Of a stretch of 64,000 nt of DNA, positions 12,046 through 25,073 are shown piece after piece. The stretch lies in contig NC_058368.1 in NCBI RefSeq assembly GCF_018350175.1, positions 50,035,815-50,099,814 on the forward strand, written 5' to 3'. A program made the position numbers and the translations under genes. The number at the start of each line of letters is the position of its first letter. Within the stretch, counting starts at the first letter, position 1. The notes under the pieces were generated by a model. The model ran no database searches. It had not been told where the DNA came from and saw only the letters and a list, made by a program, of their open reading frames with translations. Source of the stretch: Felis catus (taxonomy: Eukaryota).

Positions 12046-13944
12046 AATTTATAAATATAACTTTTTAACAGATGAGAAAAGATTAAAGAAGTGAAGTTGC
12101 TTTCCCAGCACCATGCAGCTGATACTGATAGAACCAGTATTTGAAGTTAGATTTTTTTTCTAACAGAAAAACTCAAGCTGAACTGCTTCATTCACTTTCC
12201 TCTGTTTCCTTCTGTTATAGTTGTATGTGCGGTTTTGGCACGTATATACCCTTTTGTGCTATTAGCTATTCCATAGATAGTCCATGTGTGTGCCTCTGTC
12301 TTTCTCTCTCTCTCTCTCTCTCTTTTTTTTGTATTTCAAGATTGGAGCTAAGTTAAAAAGCATAGGAAAGTTCTCAGACTTAGTATAAAATGTGTAAATT
12401 CACAGTAAGATGTGAACAACTTCCTGCTGTTGGAATGTGATGGGTTTAGAGGCAGGGTGTGTGTGGAGAGGGGGGAATGGTGAGGGTACGTGCTATCGTG
12501 GTTCTTTCCGGGGCTTGCCCTGACAAGGAGGAGATAAGCCCAAGAACAGCATGGGAATAAATGTGACCATGTTAGACAGCAAATCTGCAGGGATTTTGAG
12601 GATAGGAAAAGCATTTGGAAGCTAATAGAGAAAGTCCTTCTTGAGCTTGACCAGGAAGATGGCCAGGGTCCATTGGATTGCCCTGTTGGTAGGGCAATGA
12701 AACTAGTAGTCCACTGGTTGTGGAAGGTGCTTATCTGAAGGTAGTGAGAATTACAAGGCCAATTTGTGGATACAGACTTTGAATTTTTTCTTGAAATGCT
12801 CTATCAGGTGATGGTGGAATTCTGGGGACAGAATGGGTCAGTGGAGGGGAAAGACCATATCACAGAGAGCGTCAAGGACTGGGCCTTAGGATATGTCTTC
12901 TCTTAAGTGGAAAGGAAGCGGAAGGGGAGGTCATGTTCAAAAAGCTAGGCAGAAAACCAGGAATGTGTCAGAAATCTCAAGGAAACATTGTTTTCCTGAA
13001 AGAAAGGAAGAGGAGTATCAACAGTGCTCTGGATTAGAAGAAGTGATCGTGGGAAAAGAAAGTGGGAACAAAGGCCATTGCATCTGACAAGAGAGTAGTT
13101 AGTCTCTCACTTGTTGAGAGTATAGCTGGACAGTGTTAGTGTGGGAACCACATGAAGCTTCAGAAAATCCTTCTGGAAAGTCTTAATGTAGGGGCAAGAG
13201 TGCCATGAGAGAAGAGGGAGGAAGAGCTACCAAGAAACCAACATTGTGTCAAACAAGCTATTAACTTGTGTTCGCAAAACCGTCCCCTAAGCGCAGTTGG
13301 TATCACTGTATCTGTCAGAGGTACAAAGCCTTCGTACTTAGGGGAAGTATGTTGTCGGACAACGGGTCTGAAGGAATCATTGCGGTCTGCTATATAAAGT
13401 ACTCTTACTGTGTTGAACATCATCAGGAATTCACTTTAGTCTTCTGAATTTAGTTTCCTCTTCCATAAACTGGGAAAAATGTCTCTCCTGTCCCCAGGGA
13501 TTTTAGCTGACAATAATTTGGGGAAGATATTTTGTTTCAAATGTTCAGAAAAAAAGTATCTTCATAGTTTCGATTTAGCGACCCTAAGAAAATTAAAATC
13601 ATGTTAATCTGAAAACAGAAGGTGATCAGGAGATAAAGCATTTCTCTTAAATATACACACAAAATAGTTATCATGCAGATGAACGTTTTCGGAATGCTGT
13701 GTCTTTGTTTCTTCTCTTTGGTCCAGCATGGCGTAGTGGCAAGAGTGGCAGGGTTTGGGGCAATACTGACTAGGTTTATCTGGCATATAGCAGCTGCTGC
13801 AGTAAAATGTGTGACCGTGGACAGAATATAAAGCTTCTCTAAACCCAAATTCCCAGAACTATAAAATGAGGATTGCAAGGTGGTGATGGGTTTAGAAGAA
13901 AAGATGTGGAATATGTGTAGGCACTCAACATGTGGTAGGTGTCC

Positions 13945-13983
<39 letters not shown>
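13945..13983. repeat. (TTA)n microsatellite at a MIR end
   Basis: Direct reading. Confidence 0.95.
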
Positions 13984-13985
<2 letters not shown>

Positions 13986-14057
13986 CTTGACTCTGTATAT
14001 AATCCGAAATGAGGACCAATTGATGACTTTTTTTTTTTGCCTTTCCTAGAATGGCTT

Positions 14058-14284
14058 ATTTTTTTATTATTTTTTATGTTTTAATGTTTATTTATTTTTG
14101 AGAGAGACAGAGACAGAGTGTGAGCAGCCGGGGGGCAGAGAGAGAGGGAGACACAGAATCTGAAACAGGCTTCTGGCTCTGAGCTGACAGCACAGAGCCC
14201 CACGTGGGGCTGAGCCCTCGAACCAGGAGATCATGACCTGAGCCGAAGTCAGACACTTAACCGACTGAGCCACCCAGGAACCCC
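14058..14284 (-). mobile_element. Can-SINE
   Basis: TSD tagaatggcttattttt at 14047-14063 and 14285-14301. Confidence 0.95.
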
Positions 14285-14301
14285 TAGAATGGCTTATTTT
14301 T

Positions 14302-14306
<5 letters not shown>

Positions 14307-14353
<47 letters not shown>
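14307..14353. repeat. (TG)n microsatellite
   Basis: About 23 perfect units. Confidence 0.98.
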
Positions 14354-14355
<2 letters not shown>

Positions 14356-15867
14356 CCATCCCAAAATGCACTTAGATAACTTGATGTTTTTCCTAACCTC
14401 TGATTTGTGAATATGGGTTTTTATTGAGCCCTTTTTATATTGTTCTTAAGCTGCGATAATGCTTTATGAGAACTTGAGGTTGGAATGAACAAATGCCTTA
14501 AGAGTAATGAATTCTGTTTCTTTATGGTACTTCTGTCATTGTCTTCTCTCTGGGGATCCACATGTGCATGTGAGCCATTTTAGCACCTCTTTGCTATTAA
14601 TTCTGTCAGTGGACTAATAAATCTAAGACTAGTCAACTTGCCTGAGACTTTTCAAGTTGGAGAATTCCATATTTATTGCTCTGTTGAAAACACTGCCATA
14701 TGTTCTTATACTCCCTGCTTCCTTCCACTTAGCTCCTGTCTGTTTGAAGTTCAAGATTAGACTCTAGGGTATGTAGATTCCATGCATTAAGCTGCTTCTT
14801 CTCATATGTATTGTACATAAATTGTTTTTTCAAGTCTCCATACATTTCTGTTATCTCAATTGTTCTTAATGCTTTACTTTTTCATGTTTTGTGTGTGTGT
14901 GTGTGTGTGTCTTTGAGTCATCTTATTAATTTAGTTTTCCTGCTGTATTCCATTTGGAAGATGCACTTGTGAGATCTTTCCAAGGACATTTTATGATGTC
15001 TTACTAAAAATGAGCCTAATGAGCTATTTTGGTGAAGAGAAGCTTTTATAGTTTCCATGAAGAAAGGAAATACAGTTTTAGGTGTTTTATTCAAAGGATA
15101 AAGTTTATACTGCCTGTTTTTAAGCCAATTTGCAAACATTTTTAGACGTGGAAAATTTAAGTCCTAAAAGGTATAGCTTGCCAAATAGCTGATATTTTTG
15201 AAATTTGGCCTCCGATCTGGTAAAAGAATGTGGTTGACAGTCACACTGCAATTTACAGTAATCCTTTTTGTGTAAGGAAATGAATCTACTTTGGCTTAAT
15301 AAATTCCAGATGAGTTTCTGGCTCCTTGATTATTACCAAATCATTTAAAATTCAGGTTTCATTTTTCACTCTAGTTAACAGCAACCCTCTCTGTCCTCAT
15401 CATGGCCAATGTGATGTTAAAATCCTTCGCAGAACTGAAATAATTTGGGGGATAATTGCATTTTGGGGTGAGTTAATTTGGGACACAAGTTTATGATGTG
15501 GCCAGCGGCTCTGCATTTGGCATGACCTGGGACTAAAAAGTGTCAAGCATCTGTGCTTGTGGCTAGTCTAGGCCATGAGGAGATCAAGGTGAAGACCCAT
15601 AAGGAAATTCTGCTAGTGGCACAAAGGAGAACTTTCTTGGAGTCCCAGCTAAATATTTCTAGTTACTTTTCATTGGTCACCATTATCTGCAAGGGAGTCT
15701 GGAAAATGTTTCTAGCTGGACATCTCACTGTCTCCAATAATATGGGGTTTCTGTTACTAAGGAAGAACAGGTTGACAATGTTGGGTTGACACTAAAGTCC
15801 TGCTACAGATATTTGCCAATGGTTCCTTTCATGTACCATTTTGCTTTATTATGGCAATCCAGTGATT

Positions 15868-16016
15868 GGAGAGAGAGGGAGACACAGAATCCAAAGCAGG
15901 CTCCAGGCTCTGAGCTGTCAGCACAGAGCCCGACGTGGGGCTGAGCCCTCGAACCATGAGATCATGACCTGAGCTGAAGTCTGACGCTTAACCCACTGAG
16001 CCACCCAGGCACCCCC
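15868..16016 (-). mobile_element. Can-SINE lacking tail
   Basis: Head and body present; CT tract truncated and polyA absent. Confidence 0.9.
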
Positions 16017-16049
16017 AGGTTCTTTTTTTAGTTAATAAAACTGTAATCT

Positions 16050-16300
16050 TTTATGTTTTCCCAGTGTTGAGATATAATTGACCTATAACTTTATTAGTTG
16101 AAAATGTATAAAATAATATGTGTATATATTGTAACATGATGACTACAGTGTTTAGTTAACATCCATCACCTCACATAATTACAAACCTTTTCTTTTTGTG
16201 TTGAGAACTTTCAAGATATATTCTCTTAAGCTTTCAAATATCCAATACATTATTATGCTAACGATAGTTATTAACTACAGTCATCATGCTGTATACATTA
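16050..16300 (-). mobile_element. L1 3' end fragment
   Basis: ttgagatataattgac...tttagttaacatccatcacctcacata...ttattaactacagtcatcatgctgt. Confidence 0.8.
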
Positions 16301-18015
16301 TGCCTCAAGCTTCTTAAGAACAGGTGCCAACCACCCAGGACAGTGCCTGAAGCTTGGATGATGGCTCAATAGAAATTTCCTGAAAGAAAAATGTTGAATG
16401 AATCCAGTGCTTTATATGTACTATACATTCTTATTGAAGGAGACCTGAGCCTTAGATAGTGACTTAGATGTGTAGCTTCTGGAAGGAAGAAATGCTGAGT
16501 GAGACAAGGATAGCCATCAGTACAACCGGAAGCAGTCTGTAATGGCTCAGGTATTTTGTGACTTCTGGGAGTATAGTCCACATCTCTGATAACAGATGCT
16601 AATAAATAGTTTTCTGTTATTCTTGTGAATTTAGATTTGTAATTCTGGCATCATTAGTCAACAGATAATTCACAGCCTGATACCATAAATGTGAGGTGTT
16701 TATATGTTACTCAGGTACAAACTTAGGTGAGATTGCATGGATCACTTAATGTATAGTGATCTTAATTTGTTTAGTTATCATCTCATGTCTTTGTACCTCC
16801 TTTTGTTTGCATTTAGGTTTCCTACTGCTGTTCCTCAAATCTTTTCATGTTTTCTGTCCCTAGGTAGTTTTGCTCTGTGGCTGATATTTTTTTGAGGCTT
16901 CTAAACTTGTTAGTACCAATGCTTCTTCAGCTCATGTGCTATTTTTTTTAAGTTCATGCAATATACACATAGTTACAAAAAACTGCAGGTATGTGGTTAT
17001 TTTTCTTTGTCTCCTTGTTGCAGCTCAGGTCCCGCTTCTGGGCCACCTTATGCGGGGGAGGCTCAGTGGTTTCTGTCCATGTGGCAGGCAGTGGTTCTGC
17101 AGGCAGGTTCTTGTTCTATCTGGAGACACCAACAGGAAACTCCTCTGCTCCTGGGTTTCTTTACGCTCTTGTACCCTTGCATAGAGGGGTCACATCCCTA
17201 CTGGCTCTGATCCTGGGGCCATGGAAACTGCTACTGTTATTCCCTTGGGGATCCAGGTCTGTTTGTGCATCACTTCTTCCTAGAAGCCACTGTGGTCACA
17301 GGCTTACCTGGGGCTCTTCCACTGCTGGTCCCCAGTTCTCTCCTACTGAAAGGAGATAGTCCTGTGACAGCTCTCTTGTTTTCTCTCTGGGGGTCTTCTT
17401 GCTTGTAATGCTGAATCCAGGAGAGATAGATGGGTTTAAAGTTGAGAGAGAAAGGAAGGCTGTATTTAATATACTACCACTTCCTGGTGTATGTAAAAAT
17501 GTTTTAGGCTTTCTCTAGATGCACTATTAACATTTATAATGTTTTTGACCATCTTTCCAGCAATTCAGAATGATTATTCACCTTTGGGATAGATTTAAAA
17601 TTTTTTTTTTTTAATTTCAGCATATTTAATGCATAAAGCTGTTTTATATTTCAAAACCTAGACTGTAACATTTTGTCTTATATTACGACTTTGGAATAAA
17701 TGTAGGCATCTTTTGTATACTGAGAGATTGTCCTAGTTAGGGTTTCTGAGAGGCCATGTTTAGCCTGTGGTCAGTAGACTATAGAACATTTATAGTTAGA
17801 GCCAGTGGAGAGAAACCCCAGCCAACAAGTTTTATTTGGATGTAAAATATGGGTTCTTGGAAAGGTTACAGCAGTTGGGTTGGCTGTGAAAAAGCTTAGT
17901 TCAGGACGGCCACACTGGCAGTGTGAGGACCTGCCTTGTGAAGATTAGACATCAGGATCCTCCTTTTCTCTTCCCTTCTTGAGTCAACAGTCTATACATG
18001 AACCCAGCAACAGTC

Positions 18016-18256
18016 TTTTTTTTTTTCTTGATTTTTTTTTAATGTTTGTTTATTTGAGAGAGAGAGAAAGAGAGAGAGAAAGAAAGTGAGCGAGCAGGGG
18101 AGGGGCAGAGAGAGAGGGAGACCCAGAATCTGAAGCAGGCTCCGTCCAGGTTCAGAGCTGTCAGCGCAGAGCCTGACGGGCTCGAACTCACAAACTCTGA
18201 GATCATGACCTGAGCTGAAGTTGGATGCTTAACCGACCGAGCCACCCAGGCACCCC
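18016..18256 (-). mobile_element. Can-SINE
   Basis: Full-length antisense copy. Confidence 0.95.
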
Positions 18257-18328
18257 TTAGCATCACTCTTTAATATTACATTGTTCGGGTGAATTTTGGA
18301 CCAAAATGATAGTCTTATTTTTCTGGAG

Positions 18329-18541
18329 TATTGGTTCTCACTGGGGGTGATTTTGTCCCCTAGGTGATGTTTCAGAATATCTGAAGACATTTTTGGTTGT
18401 CACAGCTGTAGTAGGGAGTGCCTCTGACTCCTAGTGGGCAGAGATTAGGGATTTTGGGAACCATCCTCCAGTGCACATGGCCTGAATATCAAAGATTTAT
18501 CAGACCCCAAATGCCAGTAGTGCAGAAGTTGAGCAACCCTG
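18329..18541 (+). mobile_element. MER20 (hAT-Charlie DNA transposon)
   Basis: tggttctca...gggggtgattttgtcccc...gacatttttggttgtcac...ctagtgggcagag...gttgagcaaccctg follows the recalled MER20 consensus end to end. Confidence 0.85.
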
Positions 18542-18600
18542 TCCTTGAGTCTAGACTCTTCTCCCAAGTATTTTTTGGTGCAATATGTTCTTTAAAAAAT

Positions 18601-18602
<2 letters not shown>

Positions 18603-18641
<39 letters not shown>

Positions 18642-18652
18642 TTTATTTATTT
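18603..18652. repeat. (TTAC)n(TTAT)n microsatellite
   Basis: Direct reading. Confidence 0.9.
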
Positions 18653-18659
18653 AGAGATT

Positions 18660-19890
18660 CTCTACTGTTTGTCTGTTGCTGTACCAGTATCACTGTGTTT
18701 TTTATTTTAGTTGACTTTGAGCTATGTGAAATATTAGATAGTATGAATCCCTTCTTTTTGCAGTATTTCAAAGTTGACTTAGCTTATTTGTAAACTTGCA
18801 TTTTTTTCAAACAAACTTTGGAATTTGTTTAGAGAGTTCTTCCAGCAATCCAGTATATGCTTGAAATTGCCTGAGTTTCTAGATGAGTTTGGGGGGGAAT
18901 TGGCATCTTAATAATTTTATCCCATCTGTGAACAGGGTTATTTCTTTATTTTTCAAGTCTTTTAACATATTCCTTTAATATGTTTTTAAAATTACCGATG
19001 AAGTCCTTATTATCAGGTTAAATCTGGGAACTTCATAGTTTCTTGCTGTCCTGTATGGTATTTGATTCAATGACTCCTTCTAATTTAGTGGTTAGTGTTG
19101 ACAAATACAACTCAGAAGTTTATCTTCAATTTGGAAACTCATCTCTCCCATTGATTTTTCTCTGCACATAATCAGATCATCTCCAAATAACGACAACTTT
19201 ATCTCATTCTCTCCAATCTTGGATATTTTTTTTTCTTTTTACATTGGTCAGGACCTTCAGCATGATGTGGTATGTTTGACTCGTTCCTGTCTTAGAGGAA
19301 TGTATAGAAGTTTCCTCCTTTCTACTATCCTGTGTGGTCTAGTTTGGGGTATATAGCATCAAAAATCAATTGAGCTCACTCTTCTATTTCTGGCTTTGAG
19401 AGTATTTATCATAATTATGTGTGGAATTTCATCACATACATTTTTGGCATCTTTTAAATTTATGTGTTTTTTTTTCCCCTTCATTTATGTGGTGAAATAT
19501 ACTGATAGATGTTCTAATATTAAGCTAACCTTGCTTTCTTGGAATAAACTTTTTGTGATGATGATTATAAAAAATACTCTTGTTAACTTTTTTACTTGAT
19601 ATTTTTCTAAGATTTTTCTCATTTATATTCCTAAGGAATTAGCCCTGTAGTTTTCTTTTTTTGGCTTAAGATTTGGAATTAAGATTTTATTAGCCTCATA
19701 AAAATGAATCGTGTTACTTCTTCTCTTATTCTGTCATGTGTAAAAACATTTAAGTGGGTTTATTTCAGGGAAGGACTGATTAAAAATTTATTCCTTCTTG
19801 CATTTATTTTGGTACTTCATATGATTTCAGAAATCTATCCATTCTGTTTAGATTTTCAAATTGTAGTTAATAGTTTATAATGTTCTCTTA
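18660..19890 (-). mobile_element. Old degenerate L1 ORF2 fragment
   Basis: T-rich; motifs such as gggggaattggcatcttaata and atcatctccaaataacgacaacttt are typical of antisense L1. Confidence 0.65.
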
Positions 19891-20145
19891 AACAAACAAA
19901 AAAGCCTGTGTATTCATTGAAAACAATGAATCGAGTGTCACTGAGCACTTACTGTATTCCAGACAGTATAGTCAGTGAGGACACAGCAACAAACGGGTAG
20001 ATCAAGGTCCCTAGCCTCATGGGACTTAAATTTTGGTGAGCCACCAGGGGGTGTCTGATGGGTGCCGCGCCTTAAGTCACTGCCCTGGGAGACTCCCTGC
20101 ATCTTGCCTTTTCTCTCCTCTCAGTGTCTTTTCTCTTACTATAAT

Positions 20146-20309
20146 GGGCAGGGAAGGGGCAGAGAGAGAGAGGGAGAGAGGATCCCAAGCAGGCTCTGCA
20201 TTGTCAGCACAGAGGCCAACAAGGGGCTCCATCTCATGAACTGTGCGATCATGACCTGAGCCTAATCAAGAGTTGGACACTTAATCGATTAAGTCACCCA
20301 TGCGCCCCC
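20146..20309 (-). mobile_element. Can-SINE, tail region lost
   Basis: Body and head recognisable. Confidence 0.85.
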
Positions 20310-21354
20310 TCAGTGTGCACTTATTCTGAGAAATTTTGATTATTCTTTCTAGGAGCAATTCTTCTATGTATTATTCTACTGCTTGATTTTCACCTCTGGT
20401 GTATATATCCCTTTCTTTTAAAATAGTTTTGCTTTGCTGTTTGCCATCCTTATGTGGGAACACTTAAAGGGCTGAGACCCTGGCTTTTTCATCTTTGTGT
20501 TTCCCATAGTACTGGGTATACATAGTAGGTGCCAAAAAAACAAAACAAAACAAAACAAAACTTGTGGTGTGTTAACCAAATATCGTCAAATGTTAATTTT
20601 AGAAAAGGTGGCTTCTTAACATTGGACAGTCAAGAATAAAATCTCCTGTGTATATATGAAAGTGGTTTGTAAACTATTGAATGTGACCATGAGCAAGTTA
20701 CTGAACCTCTCTGTGCTTTAGTTTTCTTATTGTACAATGGTTGTAAAACCTGTTTCATGGTGTTTGGAGGATGAGATGAGGCATGTAAGAAGCTGTTTCA
20801 ACCAGAACAACAGAGGAATGCAGAATATGTGGACACCAGAAGGAAGGAAAAGGGTGAGATTCCAGAAAAGATCAGAAGACACCATCGAGTGCCCAAAGGG
20901 TGCCTAGTAACTAGACCCATCTTCCAACCACTGCCGCCTCCTCTCCTGGTGGTGAATCCAGGAGGCACGGGATGTCCCTGTGCAGGACTCTCACATTCAG
21001 AATGCATCTGCACTTGAAGCCCATGATTCCCATCTCTTTCTATGCTTTATTTTTATTTATATTTTCACAACTTTGTTGAGTATAACTTACATCTCATAAA
21101 ATCCTGTGCTTTATTGAAAATTCTTAAGTATCCCCCCACAACAACATTGTTGTAATAATATAGGGTTACTTTTATAGGTGAATAGTCTTTTTTTCCCCCC
21201 TCTTCAAATGGGTGTGCTTTCCTGCCACTAGAAATCATAAATGTTTTGTATATGGAATTTATAACTTCTTATTCTCCTGCCATTTTAAATTTTCTTTTGT
21301 TTTAAAAATTCTTTTCTCCTTGCCATTTTAATGTTAAGTAAAAAGTGATAGTTT

Positions 21355-21625
21355 TTTCTTTTTTCTTTTTGGTTTTTAAAATTAAATTAGTGTCAGGGTC
21401 CAACATACGGATTCAACGAGTCTAAACATGCTGTGCTCACAAGAGTAGCTACCTTCTGTCACTGTACAATGCTGTTACTGTGCCCTTGACCATGTTCCCT
21501 ATGCTGTGCCTTTCACCGCATGACTTATTCATTCTGTTACTACTGGAAGCCTGTATCTCCCACAGCCCTTCCCCCATGTCACCCATTCCCCCCCACCCCC
21601 TCCCCTCTGCTAACCACCAGTTTGT
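21355..21625 (-). mobile_element. L1 3' end fragment
   Basis: gtgtcagggtccaacatacggattcaac...ctggaagcctgtatctcc...ctaaccaccagtttg. Confidence 0.8.
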
Positions 21626-22197
21626 AAAAGTGACACAGTCTAACTGAATGGCTACTCATGCCTGACCTTGACTCACCCTTAATCATGTGTTAAACTAGAT
21701 TTCTTAATGTTCCAAAAGTTCTTTGGTGTGGTACTCATGGCATTTTTAGAAACTGATCATTTAACAAGCACTATATAATTTTGAGCTGTTTCTTTGCTTT
21801 CTTATTTACCTTTACATTCTTCAAGTATTAGAACATTTTCACAATTACCCTGTGAAGGCCAGCGAGGAGATAATGATTAACCGTTGGAAGAGGACTGGGT
21901 GGGCAAAGATGTTGATTTAAGTGTCCCAAGTTCACATCTCTCAAGTTGATGTTCGTGCTTTTGGGCTTCTACTGCCCTGTGTGTTCTCATCTGATCCTTC
22001 CGGAACCCCTCTCCACTACGAGTGCCAGGTGAAGTTACCATTTTACAGATAAGGAAACTGAAGCCCACTGAAGGGACCTCTACACAGCACCCAAATGGTG
22101 GAGCTGAGGGTCTCCGATTTTGATCCTGATGTCATTTATGGATTGAATATATTCTCCTCCAGGTTATTCTATTTCTTAATTACAAGTAGAAGTAAAG

Positions 22198-22420
22198 TTT
22201 TTATTTTTTAACGTTTATTTATTTTTGAGAGAGAGAGAGAGACAGACTGTGAGTGGGAGAGGAGGAGGGGTAGAGAGAGAGGGAAACACAGAATCCAAAG
22301 CAGGCTCCAGGCTCTGTGCTGTCAGCACAGAGACCCATGCAGGGCCCGAACCCACAAATGGCAAGATCATGACCTGAGCTGAAGTCGGACGCCCAACGAA
22401 CTGAGCCACCCAGGCGCCCC
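22198..22420 (-). mobile_element. Can-SINE
   Basis: Full-length antisense copy. Confidence 0.95.
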
Positions 22421-23516
22421 TGAAATTTTTTAATTGTCAATTTTAACTAAGTATTGATTGATTTTCTGGTATATGCCTAGGAGAAAGAAATTACCCTTGT
22501 TGGAAACCAGTTGGTTTTGGGGAATAAAAGCAAGCCCTGACCCTGTTCATAAAGAAGGGAAACCTCTTATTAAATCCCTTTAATTACCCCCCACCCCCAC
22601 CCTTTTTTTTTTCCTTTTGGAAATTTTCTGCTTTTGATTAATGCTAAGAGTTTTAAGGAGTGCTTGTAGCATCTTCTGGTTAAGTAGTGTCTTTAAAGTG
22701 ACCAGTGTGCCAAGTTTTCCATTTGCTTTCAATGCTGATAGTAACTGAGATGACTATTATAGAGGGGACAAGAATATTGATGATTACTAAGGAGCTTTTG
22801 AGATCTCCTTCATGACCGTGTGTAGCGTTTACTTGATCAGAGCAAATGTCATGAGTTTGTTCTCGTTGTTAAATATGAGACTTAGCTATCGAAGGATTTT
22901 CTCTGAGATACCTGTATTTTAAATTCAGATTTGTAAAATAGAGTTCAGCCATAATTTTTATTTCTTTATATATTACATGCTTCTTTAACTTAAAGTACAG
23001 TTTGGGATTTACATTTTGGAGCTTTAATATGTTTTGAACTGTCAGTCAAACGCTAATTGTAAGATAAAATGGGTTTAGATTTACCTTTAATTATCTTTAC
23101 ACGAACCATTTACAAAATGTTATGCTGAGGAACACAAGATAAAGACACTGCATACCGTTGGAAGGTATGCAGCAACAAAGCAACAAAACAGCAACAAGAC
23201 CGATGGCATCAACAGCAATTCTTCCTGAGGTATGCTGAAAAAAAAGTGACAGAATTTATTGTGTTACAAATTTAATTACTGCTTGTTTTGTCTTTAAGAA
23301 GCAAAATAGAACTTCTAAATATTTAAGTGAGAACCTTTTAAGTTTCAAAATCTTGTGAAGCATCAGTACTAGTGATGAATAGTGGTGTATTTTAGTTTTG
23401 GGGCCAATTCTTGTCTTTATGTCAAATGTTTAAAGATCTAAAACGTTACTGTATCCCTTGTTCCAAAAATAGAAAAATTTACACGTAGGAGATTTTTTTT
23501 ATATAAGCTAAGTCAA

Positions 23517-23707
23517 GGGATGACCAGGTGGCTGAGTTGGTGGTGTTTGACTCTTGATTTCGGCTAAGATCATGACCCCAGGGTTGTGGGATTGAGCCCC
23601 ATGTCAGTCCATGCTCAGTGTGGAGCCTGCTGAAGATTCTCTCTCTCCCTCTGCCCCTCTCCCCCACTTACATTCTCTCTCTCTCAAATAATAAATAAAC
23701 AAACAAA
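23517..23707 (+). mobile_element. Older Can-SINE
   Basis: Diverged head, CT tract, A tail; TSD aagtcaag. Confidence 0.85.
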
Positions 23708-23800
23708 GTCAAGTAACATAATGAATAAGGAAGAATTAATATCTTTGTCCCTTTGCGTTCAAATCTAGAACTTAATGTTTGCCAAAGGAAAAGTTTGGAC

Positions 23801-23836
23801 TTTCTTTCTTTTTCTTGTTTCTTTCTTTCTTTCTTT

Positions 23837-23895
<59 letters not shown>

Positions 23896-23904
23896 CTTTC
23901 TTTC

Positions 23905-23959
<55 letters not shown>
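23801..23959. repeat. (TTTC)n tetranucleotide microsatellite
   Basis: About 160 bp nearly pure pyrimidine tract. Confidence 0.98.
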
Positions 23960-25073
23960 ACTAACTCTGCATGATTTGATACATTTAGAATCCAATAACA
24001 AAGTTGATTTTAATTTAGATAACTTCTGGTCCTTGAAAGGATCTTTCTAAATATCTTTGTAAGGCAACAATAGAGGGATTATATGTGTTTTTGCTCATAA
24101 GATTTTGGGAAAAATTTGTTTCATGGTTGAAGTTGATCACTGAGAAATATTTCCAACTAGAAAAAAGAACTTACATGTCTCATTTTTGTTTAGTGATTTT
24201 GGAAATTTAAAAGTATAACTTTTAATTCTTATTGAATTCAGCATGCTGTATTAAATGAGCACTCCAAATTAGACATAGTGGTAGGTAGAGTAAAATAAGT
24301 TTATCTCCTTTGAAAATATATAGGGTTGACTATTTCCTGACTAGCTTCTTTACAGAAATTCTGTTATAGTCTTCCCTATACCAAGAATCCTTTTCTAGTA
24401 CTGTTTTCTGTGATATTTTCTCTCTCCAGTGGTGCCTTAGATTTTTTTTTGTTGCTGTTGATTTTTATATTTGGTAAAAAGGATTTTGGCATAGAGAAGA
24501 TGAATGTAAGAAGTCTGTCAATGAATTCTTAAATATTTTTTTTAATCAAAAAAGTTGCTTTGATTTTAATTTTACTCTTCAGGTTGGCTAAGAGAATAAA
24601 TGACTGTGACCTCTTCTCAAGTTGGACTTCTTGCTTGCTATAGTATTACAAAGAAACGCTTTCTAGACTTTAATTCCACCTTAATATAGTTAAGCATTTA
24701 GAGTGGATTATGTACTTATTGACCTCATAATCCCCATCTTTTATGCATTCTGCATTCATAGTATAAAATTAGTGTAAGAAAATTTTTCTGTAGCCAACTT
24801 AGCAAGCCTTGTTTATATGATCATACCTGAGGAGTCCTACAGCTGGCATTACCCCCATTTAAATGAGCATAATGATATCAAGGTCAGGTATGTGTGTAGA
24901 ATGAAAATTTTAAAATATTGTTTGTTTTTGAGGAAATAGAATAGTTATTGTGAGTTATAACAAATGTTTCATAATTTTAAATTTGTTTTCATGCTCTTAT
25001 TCTTGGGTAGAATATGCTATTAGATTTTTTAGTAATTTCTTTAGAAATTTAAAGCTTTCAGAAATTTTCAAAA

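Noticed and set aside
16936..17359. Overlapping ORFs in all three plus frames of a GC-rich block
   Set aside because: No recognisable protein; stop-poor composition, probably a decayed L1 5' region or LTR that I could not classify
23753..24050. FLSF / KKER repeat ORFs
   Set aside because: Translation of the (TTTC)n microsatellite
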